Part shown: positions 1-10,127 of the stretch, piece by piece
How positions within the stretch are numbered: position 1 is the stretch's first letter
How the letters are laid out: the number at the start of each line of letters is the position of its first letter
Assembly (NCBI GenBank): GCA_002794465.1
Contig: MTSL01000206.1
Coordinates: forward strand, 2,060 to 34,059
Origin: Paramicrosporidium saccamoebae KSL3
Lineage: Eukaryota > Fungi > Cryptomycota
DNA: 32,000 nt
Direction of reading: 5' to 3'
Translations under genes and position numbers: made by a program
Notes under the pieces: generated by a model
Seen by the model: only the letters and a program-made list of their open reading frames with translations
What the model was told of the DNA's origin: nothing
Database searches by the model: none

Positions 1-1126
1 GACATGCGTAAAACGGGGCCAAACCGAGTCTAGAATGTTTCCAATGTTCTAAATACGCATGAGAATCAGATACTTTGCATACTATGGCGTCGAGATCCAT
101 CATTGAAACGAGATGGACCAGCGCCTCGTCAGACTCTGCTGTTATCCTCTCTGACAATTCTGGCCATTCCAGACACTTGAACACTGTCCTTTTCCTAGCA
201 GTGCAGAGAATCTTGGTATCCAACATCTTTGCCACTGCCAAGGCCACCTTTTCTTTCCCAATAAGATAGGATCCTACCAGAAAAAGTCTCCTGATCGGAA
301 TAAATGCACGTTGATCATTCTTGATGATGCGCGAGACGTGATTGCAGCAGTTTGAGATGGCTTCGTGTTGACTGGGAAATGAATACTGAGGATCACAATA
401 GGTCGTGTCGAGGTATACTGCGTCGAATCGGGGGATTTGAAGTTCTTGCCAAACCGGGTCATTATTCAGCTGCCGTGATCCTCGAAAATCTCCAGTGTGC
501 AACAAATGACGGCAGGAGCCATCGTCATTCTTTATGCGGAATACAAACATGACTGAGCCAGGACAGTGAAAGGCATCAACTAGGAATACATCCAGCAGCC
601 CCACAGTGGTCCATGCACCAAGGGGAATCTTGCGAATCTTGTGCTCATCCACCTGCAAAACGGCAACCACCAAATTCCCGGTAGCTTCGGAGCAAACCAC
701 GCTGCCCCAGTCAAATGTCTTGCCAAGGCCGCGGTAGTGGTCCGAATGGAAATGACTATTATTTCATCAATTATACATTGAGCTCATGTACCTGAGAAAG
801 TAAAAATCACATCCGTCCACTCGCACATCAAACGAGTCTACCACGTACGGTGTGCCTAAGACTCTTTTCTGTGCAGGTACCACTCCACCGTGCGGGAGAC
901 GCGGTAGACGAGACTCGGAGCCGTTAACCGTAGGCTTGTCAGGAATTCCAAAAAAGGTAGACAAGGTTGATTGCTTCTGGACTCCAGGCGGGGAGCTCTT
1001 AGGAGACGGCACGCCGTCTATACATGCATTTACATGAATCTCGGCCGACGACTATAGCATGAAAAATTTCATTGTCTAAAATACAGGGTCAGCTGACAAT
1101 GGGCGACAGCAAATAGGACATTCCAT
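1..1126 (-). CDS. PSO2: SNM1/PSO2 (DCLRE1A-like) DNA cross-link repair nuclease, metallo-beta-lactamase/beta-CASP with N-terminal UBZ-type zinc finger; runs off the window start
   Basis: Spliced reconstruction: exons 1126-1085, 1051-792, 755-83, 48-<1; introns 1052-1084 (33 nt), 756-791 (36 nt), 49-82 (34 nt), all GT-AG and frame-restoring. Gives MECPICCRPLSADPSSAEIHVNACID (CxxC...H...C finger), FYFLSHFHSDHYRGL (HxHxDH), FHCPGS, LLHTGDFR, YLDTTYCDPQYSFPSQ and VGSYLIGKEK, all typical SNM1 motifs. Confidence 0.93.
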
Positions 1127-1200
1127 GACAAGCCTGATCAATGCGCTGTGCTGCTGCCAAATATACTATTAGTATGCACAAAAAGCGACCTTGTATACGG

Positions 1201-1282
1201 GACACGATGGCCGAGTGGTTAAGGCGTGTGACTAGAAATCACATGGGCTCTGCCCGCGCAGGTTCAAGTCCTGCTCGTGTCG
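1201..1282 (+). tRNA. tRNA-Ser (anticodon AGA), intronless
   Basis: Acceptor stem GACACGA/TCGTGTC, D-loop TGGCCGAGTGGTTAAGGCG, anticodon stem TGTGA/TCACA with loop CT-AGA-AA (1234-1236), long variable arm GGGC-TCT-GCCC, T-arm GCAGG-TTCAAGT-CCTGC, discriminator G. Confidence 0.97.
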
Positions 1283-1287
1283 AATTC

Positions 1288-1293
1288 TTTTTT
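1288..1293 (+). terminator. RNA polymerase III terminator (T6) of tRNA-Ser
   Basis: TTTTTT 5 nt after the tRNA 3' end. Confidence 0.75.
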
Positions 1294-1460
1294 GCTCGCT
1301 CCACTAATGCGCTTATTATTGTGTATTTACAATTAGTTTCAAGTAGCATGTCTCGGTCAATTTTGCAGCACTGCTGGTGCCGGGAAAACACAGGCGCGCT
1401 CTGAATGAACCACGTATAAAGGGTCATTGATCCCAGTCTCGCGCATCGTTCAAATGCTGT

Positions 1461-2068
1461 TTATTCAGTCTCTACAGAGGTAGTATTGATTTTGAATTGA
1501 ATGTGGTTTGGACTAACAAGGAGCATCTCAATAACCTTGCTCACCATACTCCGAACAAACGATTCCACCTTTCCCACATTCTTCAAACCTAGAACGTTAG
1601 CAAACCCGAATCTAGCTTACTATGTCGGTTAGGATCGCCAATCTCAGAGTCGAAATCAAAAGTAAAGTCGCTTTCCTTTTCTTTCCTCAACGACAGAGTC
1701 ACACTCGTGCCTATATAGTCCAACAGCAGCACACCGTCTATATCCACTTGCTTGATGCATATCCTGACGGGCAAGACGGCAAACCGCGGTGCGGGGTGGT
1801 TGATAACTAAATCGCCGCGTAAGAGGGCATTTATGGGCGAGGAGTATCGAATCCTGAGCACTAGTCTCGTGTCTTCTGGGGTGGGTCCGTCCAGTATATC
1901 TTCCAGCGCAAGCTCGGGCGGGGTCTCACCGAGCCAGAGGTCTTGTATCGTGAGCTGGTCTACCAATCCGTGCGTTGGTATGTTCTTCAAATGCTCGTTA
2001 AGCGTATCCTGCAGAGTATCTAGGCTGGACGGCTTTCTGATTTCCTCCCAATTCACCTCAAAGGACAT
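1461..2068 (-). CDS. MDM12: Mitochondrial distribution and morphology protein 12 (ERMES SMP-domain subunit), 191 aa
   Basis: Starts MSFEVNWEEI and contains LWLGETPPEL. A 32-nt intron at 1589-1620 (GTAAGC...GCTAAC...TAG) joins to LKNVGKVESFVRSMV...SPNHI, matching the Mdm12 C-terminal LKNVGKVE motif. Stop at 1461-1463. Confidence 0.88.
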
Positions 2069-2351
2069 TACGTTTGCGAAATTTACAATAACGATTCGCT
2101 ATTGGAGTCCCTGGTTCGCAATTACGTGGAATGATTATTTGGACATTCGACCAAACATGAAGAGAAAGGTCAGAGGCGAGTTTATAAAAGGCAGTTGACA
2201 ATAGATAGCTCCCTGTAGCGCGTTTAAATTGACACTATGGTCGTACTCTTATCATGCAACAAATGCACCATCTCGACGTTTTATTCGTCTTCCCTTAAGC
2301 CAACTTTGCGACCTGCAACTGTCGCCAAGTAAAGCGTCAATTTATAGACTG

Positions 2352-3827
2352 CTAGTTGGAGGGCGACAATCTCGTCCCTGCCAATAATTCCATATTACGA
2401 CCTGATACTTTTTTGCCCTTCCACGCCTCTAAACCTTCTCCACCATACGAAATGAGCGGCGAAATTTCCACCTCGCCCTCAACAATGGCGCCGGCCTGAA
2501 TCAGCCACTTGCCATGCAAGTCGAGGACTGCCTTTCGGCAGTGGTCAGGTGAATCGCAATCCGCACCAGCGGCATTTTTAAGTGGTGAGAATTCCTGATC
2601 GCGATCTCCTTGATAGACGACCGGCTTCTCTCCATGTTCAAAGACGTCAAAGATGAATTTTTCGAGCTTCATCCCCATCAGAGCAGTCTTTATCGGGTTA
2701 CCAGCTTCGTCGATTGATGGAATCTTCTTTCTCGCCAAATGTGTGGGAAGGGACAAGTTGGCGCATTTCTCCAAGAATGGAATGGAAAAGAAATGGTTTG
2801 CAATGTTTGCGTGGTTGAACACTAGATTCCCGTCACGATCCGTCTTCTCGGCCATGTTGGCGTCAAATTCACTATATTCTGCGACCGCCATCTTGCCGTC
2901 TTGTCGGCGACAGAACACTCCGACGCTCTCTGACGGATCCGTTTTTTTAATCGTTTTAGCCGCGCAATCAGTTCCCTTCTCAATACATGCACCAATGAAA
3001 GTGGGATCGCCGATCCGAACCAATGCATTGTCCACGCAATACATGTGGACAAATTCGACGCCGGCCGTCTTTAACTCTGCAAGGACACCCTCCTCCTTTA
3101 ACGCGGCATAGATGCCCCCATTGCCATTGGGCGACAGGGCCAATGATTCTTTGTCTTTCAAGATAATCTTTCCCTCTTCTGTCAACGCGGGGAGCTCGCC
3201 CTGCTTGAAAAACTTGACGCCACCCTCTCCGAGACCAAAGAAATTGTTCGTCGTGAAAAAATCCACCGTTGCCTTGTGTGTCGCCGCTGAAGTCATAATG
3301 TACCATAGGAGCTCCTTTGCATCAGCCAACTTGATTAGTTTACGCAGCCGCAATGCCTGCATCTCAAAGAGTGACATTTGCGAGGGTAGGCCGATATTGA
3401 AGCATCCCTTTGGGGCGGATGAGCCAAGACGAGTGCCCTGACCACCCGCCAGTGTGACTACGGCAACTTTGCCCCTTTTGATTGCCGAGAGACCTATAGT
3501 CCAAAATTTCCCATGATCATCGTCATGGATTACATCGGTCGCTTGAAGCGGTGCGGGCTGCAACCTGCTGGTCATCTCCTTTGCAGCATCCTTGGAGGCC
3601 TTAAAGTCTTTCATGACCTGCTCAATGTCAAAGGTCTCTAACTGTGCGAGGAACCTTGCCAGCTCGCTGCTATCAAGGCTGTCAATCCATCTGAAAATGT
3701 GCTCTTGCCCCGCCTTTACATATTTGTCACGCAAGGCTGACGGGATTTCGCTAGTGTGGTTGTTGGTGTGGTTGCTGGTTTGGGTGGATATTACCATGCT
3801 GGATGCCGGTGGCGCATGCAACGGCAT
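2352..3827 (-). CDS. UAP1: UDP-N-acetylglucosamine pyrophosphorylase
   Basis: 491-aa ORF with LAGGQGTRLGSSAPKG, SPNGNGGIY, YCVDNAL, KLEKFIFDVF and EFSPLKNA motifs (yeast QRI1/UAP1 family). Confidence 0.96.
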   Translation of the reverse strand: MPLHAPPASSMVISTQTSNHTNNHTSEIPSALRDKYVKAGQEHIFRWIDSLDSSELARFLAQLETFDIEQVMKDFKASKDAAKEMTSRLQPAPLQATDVIHDDDHGKFWTIGLSAIKRGKVAVVTLAGGQGTRLGSSAPKGCFNIGLPSQMSLFEMQALRLRKLIKLADAKELLWYIMTSAATHKATVDFFTTNNFFGLGEGGVKFFKQGELPALTEEGKIILKDKESLALSPNGNGGIYAALKEEGVLAELKTAGVEFVHMYCVDNALVRIGDPTFIGACIEKGTDCAAKTIKKTDPSESVGVFCRRQDGKMAVAEYSEFDANMAEKTDRDGNLVFNHANIANHFFSIPFLEKCANLSLPTHLARKKIPSIDEAGNPIKTALMGMKLEKFIFDVFEHGEKPVVYQGDRDQEFSPLKNAAGADCDSPDHCRKAVLDLHGKWLIQAGAIVEGEVEISPLISYGGEGLEAWKGKKVSGRNMELLAGTRLSPSN

Positions 3828-4060
3828 TTTTGATTAAGTACCAATTAGGTCTTGTTGCTATTATTGGTAACACGTCATATGGAAGCTCCATTGTACCAAG
3901 GATTGAGTATAGAGAATTGCGTGCGAATAGCAATAATCATGATAGTCATAATAATTGCAAGGATCGCAATAAACGCTACAATAATCCCGGCAACACGGAG
4001 GGAGGGAGAATACAAAACACGACCGATTTCGGCCAATAGAAATCTTTGGCGGCAGTCGAC

Positions 4061-6540
4061 ATGGAGGACGGACCAAAGCACATTGATGCCATGAACCCGG
4101 CCGATTTGCACGAGAATATTGATTCGCCGCACTTTCGTCCAGCTTTTGGGGACCTCACAAACAATGAAAATTTCGCCCTCGAGTCACCCGGACAGTTGGC
4201 AAAGAAGAGAAAGTCACTTGGCCGGCGGGTTTCGTTTGCAGCAAAGGCCAAAGTGCGGTACTATTTGTAAAGTTTGACTAATTGCAGATTCATTGACAAG
4301 GACTCGGATGCGGAGGCTGCTGAATTTGCAGAAGAGGGCGACAATAATGTCTTTTTGGTTGAAAAAACACCAGTCCGGGAGCCAAACGTTCCGAAAGAGT
4401 CGCCAAAGTCCGACATGGACATGTCGGTTGTCTCCAATGACAGCATCGAGGTCGAGTTGAAGGACCCCCACTCTTCCTTCTCCTCCTACGATTCAGCCGA
4501 GGAGGTGGAGAATCGTCCCAGTTTTTTGTTGGACGACATGGAAATGACCAAATGTGTGGGCGGGATCATTGCACCCAGCCAAAACACGGAAGACACGACG
4601 ATGGATTTGACATCTTGCATTGGCGGCATTCTGAATAACATTCCCAACTATGCCATGTCGCCCTCTTCAGTGGACACGATGGAATTGACAAATGTCGTTG
4701 GAGGCATTCTGGGGCCTTTGAAATCTAAAGGAGCAGATTCGCCAACGGCTCCAAAAGTGGAAGATGTTGTAGAAGACATGGCCGCAGTCATCAAGACTGC
4801 CAGAATTGCTCCAGATAGTCCGTCGCCCTTCCTAGCGACCCCCACCAGACTAAACTCGCCAATGCACAGCGAAGTCTCTTTCATTGGTGATGTAGATCAA
4901 CCTGGAAGTCTTGGATTTGGGGCCAGTCCGGCACCTCCTCGAACTGAGGCCGCTGAAGATATGGATTTGACAACTGAGCTATTCAACAAGTACATTGATA
5001 CCAGTCGATTCAATGCCCTGACTATGCGTCCCACAGAAGAATCGCCTCCTGCCAAACAATTGTACACGCCCCAAAGTCCTGCCATAAATCTTGTCCCTCC
5101 AACCTCTCAAACCGAGAGTCCCACCGTGACAATCATGCTTCCGAGGGCATCTCTAAAGGACTTTTTAAACGAGACAGGCGTCCGCTTCCTGGACAATATT
5201 TCGTCTCTGAATCGTCGTGAGACTACCGGTCGTCCTCGTGAATCTGAAGTTGTCAGTGCGGCCAAGCAGCTTTTTATTGATGGTGGACTATCTTTGGAAG
5301 GGGATGCGCTCGATGATGCCTGTGTTCGTCTGGCCGGAATGCTGACTGAAATTCGAGACGATTTGCAAAAGCAAGAGGAGCAGTTTAACCATTCCCCACC
5401 GTTGGCTTTCCTTCAATATCGTGATCCTGAGGAACGTTCAAACGTTATCAGCAAGCTCAAAACACTCAAGAGTATTGCTCGTCTGTATGCCAAACAGGCG
5501 TGGTACGAATGGCGTAATCCTGTCCACTCGGCTCTGAATCGCGATTTGGAAAAGAATGTCCAAGTTGTCTCTGAACGCGTCGCCAAGCTGATTGCCCTGG
5601 GACAGAAACTGGATGAGACTATCACCAACCTCTCTCCCCTTGTAGATGGAATCACTAGTGAGGCCGAGGTTATGCGCGAGAGATGCGATGCCATGGCTAC
5701 TGATGATGTCGAGCAGGTACAGCAACTCGAGCAACTTGTCACTGCTCAAACTGAAAAGCTGTCGACAATCGATTCGGAAATGTCCGCTTTGGTCAGTCGG
5801 GAGGAAGAGCTTCGTGCGAGCATTGATCGTGCCTTGTCCAAACGGAAGGAACTCCAGCAAAACGTTGCCATGATTAAGCAACAGATTGATTCGGTGCCTG
5901 AAACGTCGCCCATTATCTTGGAAGAGCTTCGTAGTTCGTTCAAGCTGCTTCAGGGCGCAACCGGTTGGAGATTATTGAAAATTGCTGCCACCGAGTTGCA
6001 CTTGCAATTCACACGCGCCGAACTTGGCGTCGCCTTCAAGCTTTCCCTTGACTCGACAGGGAAATCTATAGTGTCATCCGTGGCCTTTGATGCCACTCAG
6101 GTAAAGTCAAGGATACTGAAGCATGTTTCCCGCATCCTGCGTGTCCCTACTGATCTTACCCTGTCACAGGTAACACATTCATCAACCTCATATTTTAGTG
6201 TTTAATGTATGTTGGACAAAGACTAGACAGGCTGTCTCAGATCGACAAACAGCTTCATGTCGTCGGAGTGCAGTGTACCGTTGCCATCCCTGATCTCATC
6301 GGTCCTGATACTTGCGTGATCCCCATTGCCCTGGGTTTCTATCATCAATCGTCTCGCGCTAAATTTGATCTCCTCCTAACTTTGGATGCCGAACGACTCT
6401 CATATTCGCAATTTGTCTATTTCTATGGCGCCGTGAAAGAGCACCATGTAATGGATATTGTGCAGCTCACTCTAATGCACAAATACCAGCCGATCCGGCG
6501 CCTGGTGGCCGCAATCCAGGAGGCCATCGATAATCAATAG
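4061..6540 (+). CDS. SPC105: Kinetochore scaffold Spc105/Spc7/KNL1, ~806 aa
   Basis: Exons 4061-4257, 4288-6169, 6199-6540; introns 4258-4287 (30 nt, GACTAAT branch) and 6170-6198 (29 nt) join three ORFs in frame. N-terminal RRVSF PP1-docking motif, MELT-like repeats (MEMT, MDLT, MELT, MDLT), C-terminal coiled coil. Confidence 0.88.
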
Positions 6541-6545
6541 TCAAA

Positions 6546-6628
6546 AATAGCGATTTTATCTTTTTGATGTCGGACCATGAATGTAAAGCCACGAAGCTGG
6601 CTACTGTCAGCTATTTATTTGAGAGTGC
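6546..6628. repeat. 83-bp element 'x', copy 1 (direct copy at 11570-11652)
   Basis: Ungapped alignment with 11570-11652: about 70/83 identical, with a perfect 28-bp core ATTTTATCTTTTTGATGTCGGACCATGA. Confidence 0.85.
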
Positions 6629-6880
6629 ATTATAATGTTTCAGATTCGTCCATGCCCTTATGCGGTTGCAGCTATTTGGAAAGATGTAGTGCTAATCTAG
6701 TGCAGATTTAGGAATCCCTAATCCGAAAACTTTAGATCGAACAGCCTTCTGGTGAATCCCGATAACATATGTCACCGCTTGGCGTTACTTTTAAATGTTC
6801 TATCTATGGAATCCCAACATTTGGGGGCCGAATGTCGTCAATAGAATGATACTACCACTAATGACACCAAGTTCTCTTTG

Positions 6881-7003
6881 ATGGCATACTTTGCGTTCAG
6901 ATTCACCAAAGAAAGCGCATCTGTTTCAATATTGATACAGTTTTCAACTACGCAACTGATCGTCCTCTTCCTGCTGATGGTATGGGTTGTAGCCAGTCTA
7001 TTC
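6881..7003 (+). pseudogene. Truncated relic of 4-TM family A (psiA0)
   Basis: MAYFAFRFTKES...LLMVWVVASLF aligns with the family A N-terminus MTYLTFRFSKGS...LLMAWNVGNLF. The upstream TAAATGTTCTAT motif is conserved 80 nt before the ATG. Homology stops at ~7003 and is followed by CGTCGGAGAGTGCT, resembling the A2 3' flank (GTCGCGGAGAGTGCT), which suggests an internal deletion. Confidence 0.75.
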
Positions 7004-7115
7004 GAGGGCATGTCTCGTCGGAGAGTGCTGCCACAAAGTCAAGGCTTTCTAGCGAACTAAATGCATCTTGACACGTAGAAACGAAACGATATGATAGGAT
7101 ATGAAATGCCACTCT

Positions 7116-8381
7116 TTATTCCGTAATTTCGGTAGTATTAGGTTCCGGCATGTCGACAACGCACTGATTTCCACTGGGACCTGCAGTACTGGGCCCTGCT
7201 TGACTTGATGGGGGCGACGCGGCGTCTTCAGTCGTTGGAGGAGGAGGTGGTGGTGGGATTATCGAGCTCACCGGGCGTATCGCGTTCAGATTACACACCT
7301 CGCAATGGCTCCGGGCCCTGGGCGCCCTCTTCCTCCAGCCGTACCAGGTGGTCCTCCAGATCGGCGTCTCTTTGGAACAGCGATATCCGCAGAGCTCGCA
7401 CTCCGTGGCGTCACCTGGAACATACCAAGTATCGAGCTTGAGCTCGTCTTCTGTGCACAACCTAGAGGGCTCCACGTTTCCACACTTTGCCTTAAATTTA
7501 GGCATCTCTCGGTTGATCCAGGTGGCGTCGACATCAGCATCGGCATTAGTGGTGGTGGTACCGGATACGGCGGCGGTCTTGGTAGTGTCGGTGCCATGTT
7601 GTTCAAGAAGCTTCTGGCACAGTGCCAGTGCAACAGCTTTGTCCTTGCCCTTGACCAGCCGATAAAACGCGTCCAAAAAGCAGTCCTGCCGGATGGCCGC
7701 ATTGAAGCTCTTCTCTTTCCACATCAAGCGGATGATTTCGGCCAAATCACCACCCTCTGCGGCACGGAAGAGTTTCAACAGCAATGCCTGTCGGACGAAC
7801 CATTCTCGACATTCGGCTACATCGGAGGGGTCCGCAAAGATTAACAATGCGGCCTTTTCTCTGAAGCTCTTGTCTTCATCGAATGAGAGGCCCAGCAGAC
7901 ACTCAGTCTTGAATTCCTCAAAACTGAGCCAACTCCCGTTACTCGCCACCGTTTCATACGTCTGTTTCAAAGACGGAAACGAAAGTAACGGGATATTGGA
8001 TGCACTGATGCGTCCATACTGCTTGATCGCAGTGGATACGGCCTGGGTAAAGGTCATCCCATCCTTGAGGGCACCGTCAGGATAAAAGTTCTGGTAATAT
8101 CTTCCAACGATTCTCCTTCGGCGCCACTCCCACGCAAGGCGACCAAGCAGCACGGTTATAGGTATGATGGCCAAACCTGCCGCAACAAGATACGGCCACC
8201 ACGGATGAAACCTTCCTAGAGCCGCCATGCTACCACTGAAAACCGCTAAGATGCCAACTGTCGCCTCTGCATAGGCGAAACAGCGGTAACGACCCCGAAA
8301 CTTCTTTAATCTGCGCATTGTCGCAATCAGCCCGAAGGCAAGGGCGAAGACAGCCCCAAGGACAGCGGGTGTAACGTCCAT
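7116..8381 (-). CDS. Family B: hypothetical 421-aa protein with 3 predicted N-terminal TM helices, a helical core, a C-terminal CxxC-x28-CxxC (GATA-like TPxWR) finger and a Pro/Ser-rich tail
   Basis: ATG at 8381, ~47 nt downstream of a TATAAA (8433-8428) that is also conserved at the pseudogene copy. Three hydrophobic segments are followed by WRRRR. Finger CELCGYRCSKETPIWRTTWYGWRKRAPRARSHCEVC. Its paralogue at 13936-14700 conserves this frame with many synonymous changes. Confidence 0.85.
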   Translation of the reverse strand: MDVTPAVLGAVFALAFGLIATMRRLKKFRGRYRCFAYAEATVGILAVFSGSMAALGRFHPWWPYLVAAGLAIIPITVLLGRLAWEWRRRRIVGRYYQNFYPDGALKDGMTFTQAVSTAIKQYGRISASNIPLLSFPSLKQTYETVASNGSWLSFEEFKTECLLGLSFDEDKSFREKAALLIFADPSDVAECREWFVRQALLLKLFRAAEGGDLAEIIRLMWKEKSFNAAIRQDCFLDAFYRLVKGKDKAVALALCQKLLEQHGTDTTKTAAVSGTTTTNADADVDATWINREMPKFKAKCGNVEPSRLCTEDELKLDTWYVPGDATECELCGYRCSKETPIWRTTWYGWRKRAPRARSHCEVCNLNAIRPVSSIIPPPPPPPTTEDAASPPSSQAGPSTAGPSGNQCVVDMPEPNTTEITE

Positions 8382-8424
8382 TGTTCTTGCTGGTTTGATT
8401 TTACTGTTGACCAGGGGCCGAGGA

Positions 8425-8438
8425 GAATTTATAGGCTG
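8425..8438 (-). promoter_or_regulatory. TATA-containing motif of family B (second copy at 14749-14762)
   Basis: GAATTTATAGGCTG is shared by both B loci in otherwise diverged upstream DNA; it reads CAGCCTATAAATTC on the minus strand. Confidence 0.6.
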
Positions 8439-8501
8439 ACTGGTTCTCGGAAAACACCACAAATTTCAATGGACATGGTTGACAGGTTAAATGTTAGTCG
8501 T

Positions 8502-8613
8502 TGATTGGTCAATAACGAGTTAGCGATACTGATAATTGATGTGATTGGACAATACCGAGCCGACGGTACCGGCAGCAAATATGATTGGCCAAAGTAAAGA
8601 CAATGGTGATTGG
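8502..8613. promoter_or_regulatory. Array of four TGATTGG (CCAAT box) motifs in the B/A1 divergent promoter
   Basis: TGATTGG at 8502, 8542, 8582 and 8607 (spacing 40, 40, 25). Confidence 0.55.
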
Positions 8614-8925
8614 CTGGATCGTGTGGCTGTACATGTCAAGAATAGTCATCGTACACTAAGGGCAGTGAGACTAAAGGGCCTGCCAGACTTGCCGCTGTTG
8701 TTGTAGCTCTTACGGGAAGAAGCGTACCTGTAATGAGCTGTAGTAAAACTTCCCAAGGTGGTGTATTCCTGACTTTATCTATTGGCTTATATTTTGTGTT
8801 TGTGAAACAGTTGTAATTCTAAATGCTCCCTATCAATAAAGATTTGCAAGCTATTGTCTAATGAGTGCTATGTGCATTTGCTGAAGAATCCGGGGTGGAA
8901 CACTCCAATCAGTTACTGTTGTCTC

Positions 8926-8943
8926 TAAATGTTCTATAAATAG
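8926..8943 (+). promoter_or_regulatory. Family A conserved TATA motif (CTAAATGTTCTATAAATAG)
   Basis: TATA or a variant lies 77-85 nt upstream of the ATG in A1 (8935), A2 (10051), A3 (12116), A4 (15210) and psiA0 (6801, degenerate), and 61-64 nt upstream in psiA5 (16434). Confidence 0.65.
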
Positions 8944-9013
8944 TCATTCGACACTTGGGGTCGAAACATCTATCAAATAGAACACTGTCCCTGATGCCTC
9001 TGATATCCTTCTG

Positions 9014-9829
9014 ATGACATACTTGACATTCAGATTCTCCAAGGGTAGCGTGTTCGGTCCGAGATTGGTGCAGTTCCTCAGCTATGTAACTGATGCAGTC
9101 CTCCTCTTGCTGATGGCATGGAATGTCGGCAACCTATTCTATCCGTTCTGGAGTACGGTCACACTCGTCTCCCTCTGGATCGGACTTGTTGTGCATCCAT
9201 TCATCTTCTGGCTCGTCAAACGATTCCGTCTTCGCTCTGTAATCGTCCCCAAATTCAAACTCATTGGGCCGGAACCGAAAGGTTATTACGAGCGCCTGAA
9301 ATATCTCGGGTTCTTATACTCCGTCTGGGAGCGTTCCGATCACTTGTGTCTGTCGTACTACTACTCACACGACGGATTCTTTTGCTCGAGGAAACGAGGT
9401 GCCTCTCGCTCATTTTATATGCACTGTAACACATTCCTGGGTTGGCTCACTGTCATACTCACAGATTTCATTCCGATAGCTGTGCTGATTGGATTCCTCT
9501 GTGCTGGCTATTTTCTTGGCATTGGCACTCTCATCTTCTTTTCCATGGGTCTCATTTTGGCATTCCAGCTGAAGGCTCTCTATTTCCGCTTTTATGAAGC
9601 CAGCCACGAGTGGAAAGACGAGATGGTTCTAGGTGAAAAGGTCCGCACTACCAAACATCTTGGATTGATGGCCTGCATACTGGAAGGACCGGATGGTGAG
9701 CTGTTCCTGGGGCTGGCCAAGTCTGTTGAATATGATCATTGTGTGAGATATTATTGGTTAACACCGCCGAGGGGGGGTGAATGCGAATGTTGTCCCTCTG
9801 CTTCACCTCTGCCTCGATTTAAAACATGA
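9014..9829 (+). CDS. Family A1: hypothetical 4-TM membrane protein, 271 aa, Cys-rich C-terminus (CECC)
   Basis: Intact intronless ORF with four hydrophobic segments. Motifs L+xLGFxxSVW, WxxEM, CxLEGxDxELFL and xDH..R..W..CxCC are conserved across four intact paralogues. Confidence 0.87.
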   Translation: MTYLTFRFSKGSVFGPRLVQFLSYVTDAVLLLLMAWNVGNLFYPFWSTVTLVSLWIGLVVHPFIFWLVKRFRLRSVIVPKFKLIGPEPKGYYERLKYLGFLYSVWERSDHLCLSYYYSHDGFFCSRKRGASRSFYMHCNTFLGWLTVILTDFIPIAVLIGFLCAGYFLGIGTLIFFSMGLILAFQLKALYFRFYEASHEWKDEMVLGEKVRTTKHLGLMACILEGPDGELFLGLAKSVEYDHCVRYYWLTPPRGGECECCPSASPLPRFKT

Positions 9830-10127
9830 TTTACCATAGGGAGCGCTTTCAGTATTAATACCCTTCAATAAATGCAGCATGCAAAGAGCCCAGTTTATTA
9901 CAACGGAGAACCCGAATCAATACCAGTCGCCCAACCGCTGTTCTATAAAAAGCTGATTTTGGATACTAACAAACCTCATTCCACCTTGATTTTAACTATC
10001 GGAGTAGGCACGAATATGCCTCGACTAACAGGCATCCTTTTGTCGTTACCTATAAATAGTCATTCGACACTTGGGGTCGAAGCATCTATCAAATGGAACA
10101 CTCCCTGATGCCCCCGATATCCTTCTG

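Noticed and set aside
3875-4132. Hydrophobic 85-aa minus-strand ORF between UAP1 and KNL1
   Set aside because: GTG start overlapping the KNL1 coding sequence, and no ATG until the last 24 codons. The hydrophobicity comes from ATT/ATA-rich divergent-promoter DNA.
7205-8085. Plus-strand ORFs overlapping B (and the equivalents over psiB, PYK, UAP1, KNL1, D1)
   Set aside because: Antisense shadows of genuine coding sequences, with no independent motifs.
8946-8964. TTCGAC-N7-GTCGAA hairpin downstream of the A1/A2 TATA box as a conserved RNA element
   Set aside because: The palindrome is not preserved in A3, A4, psiA5 or psiA0, and there are no compensatory changes.
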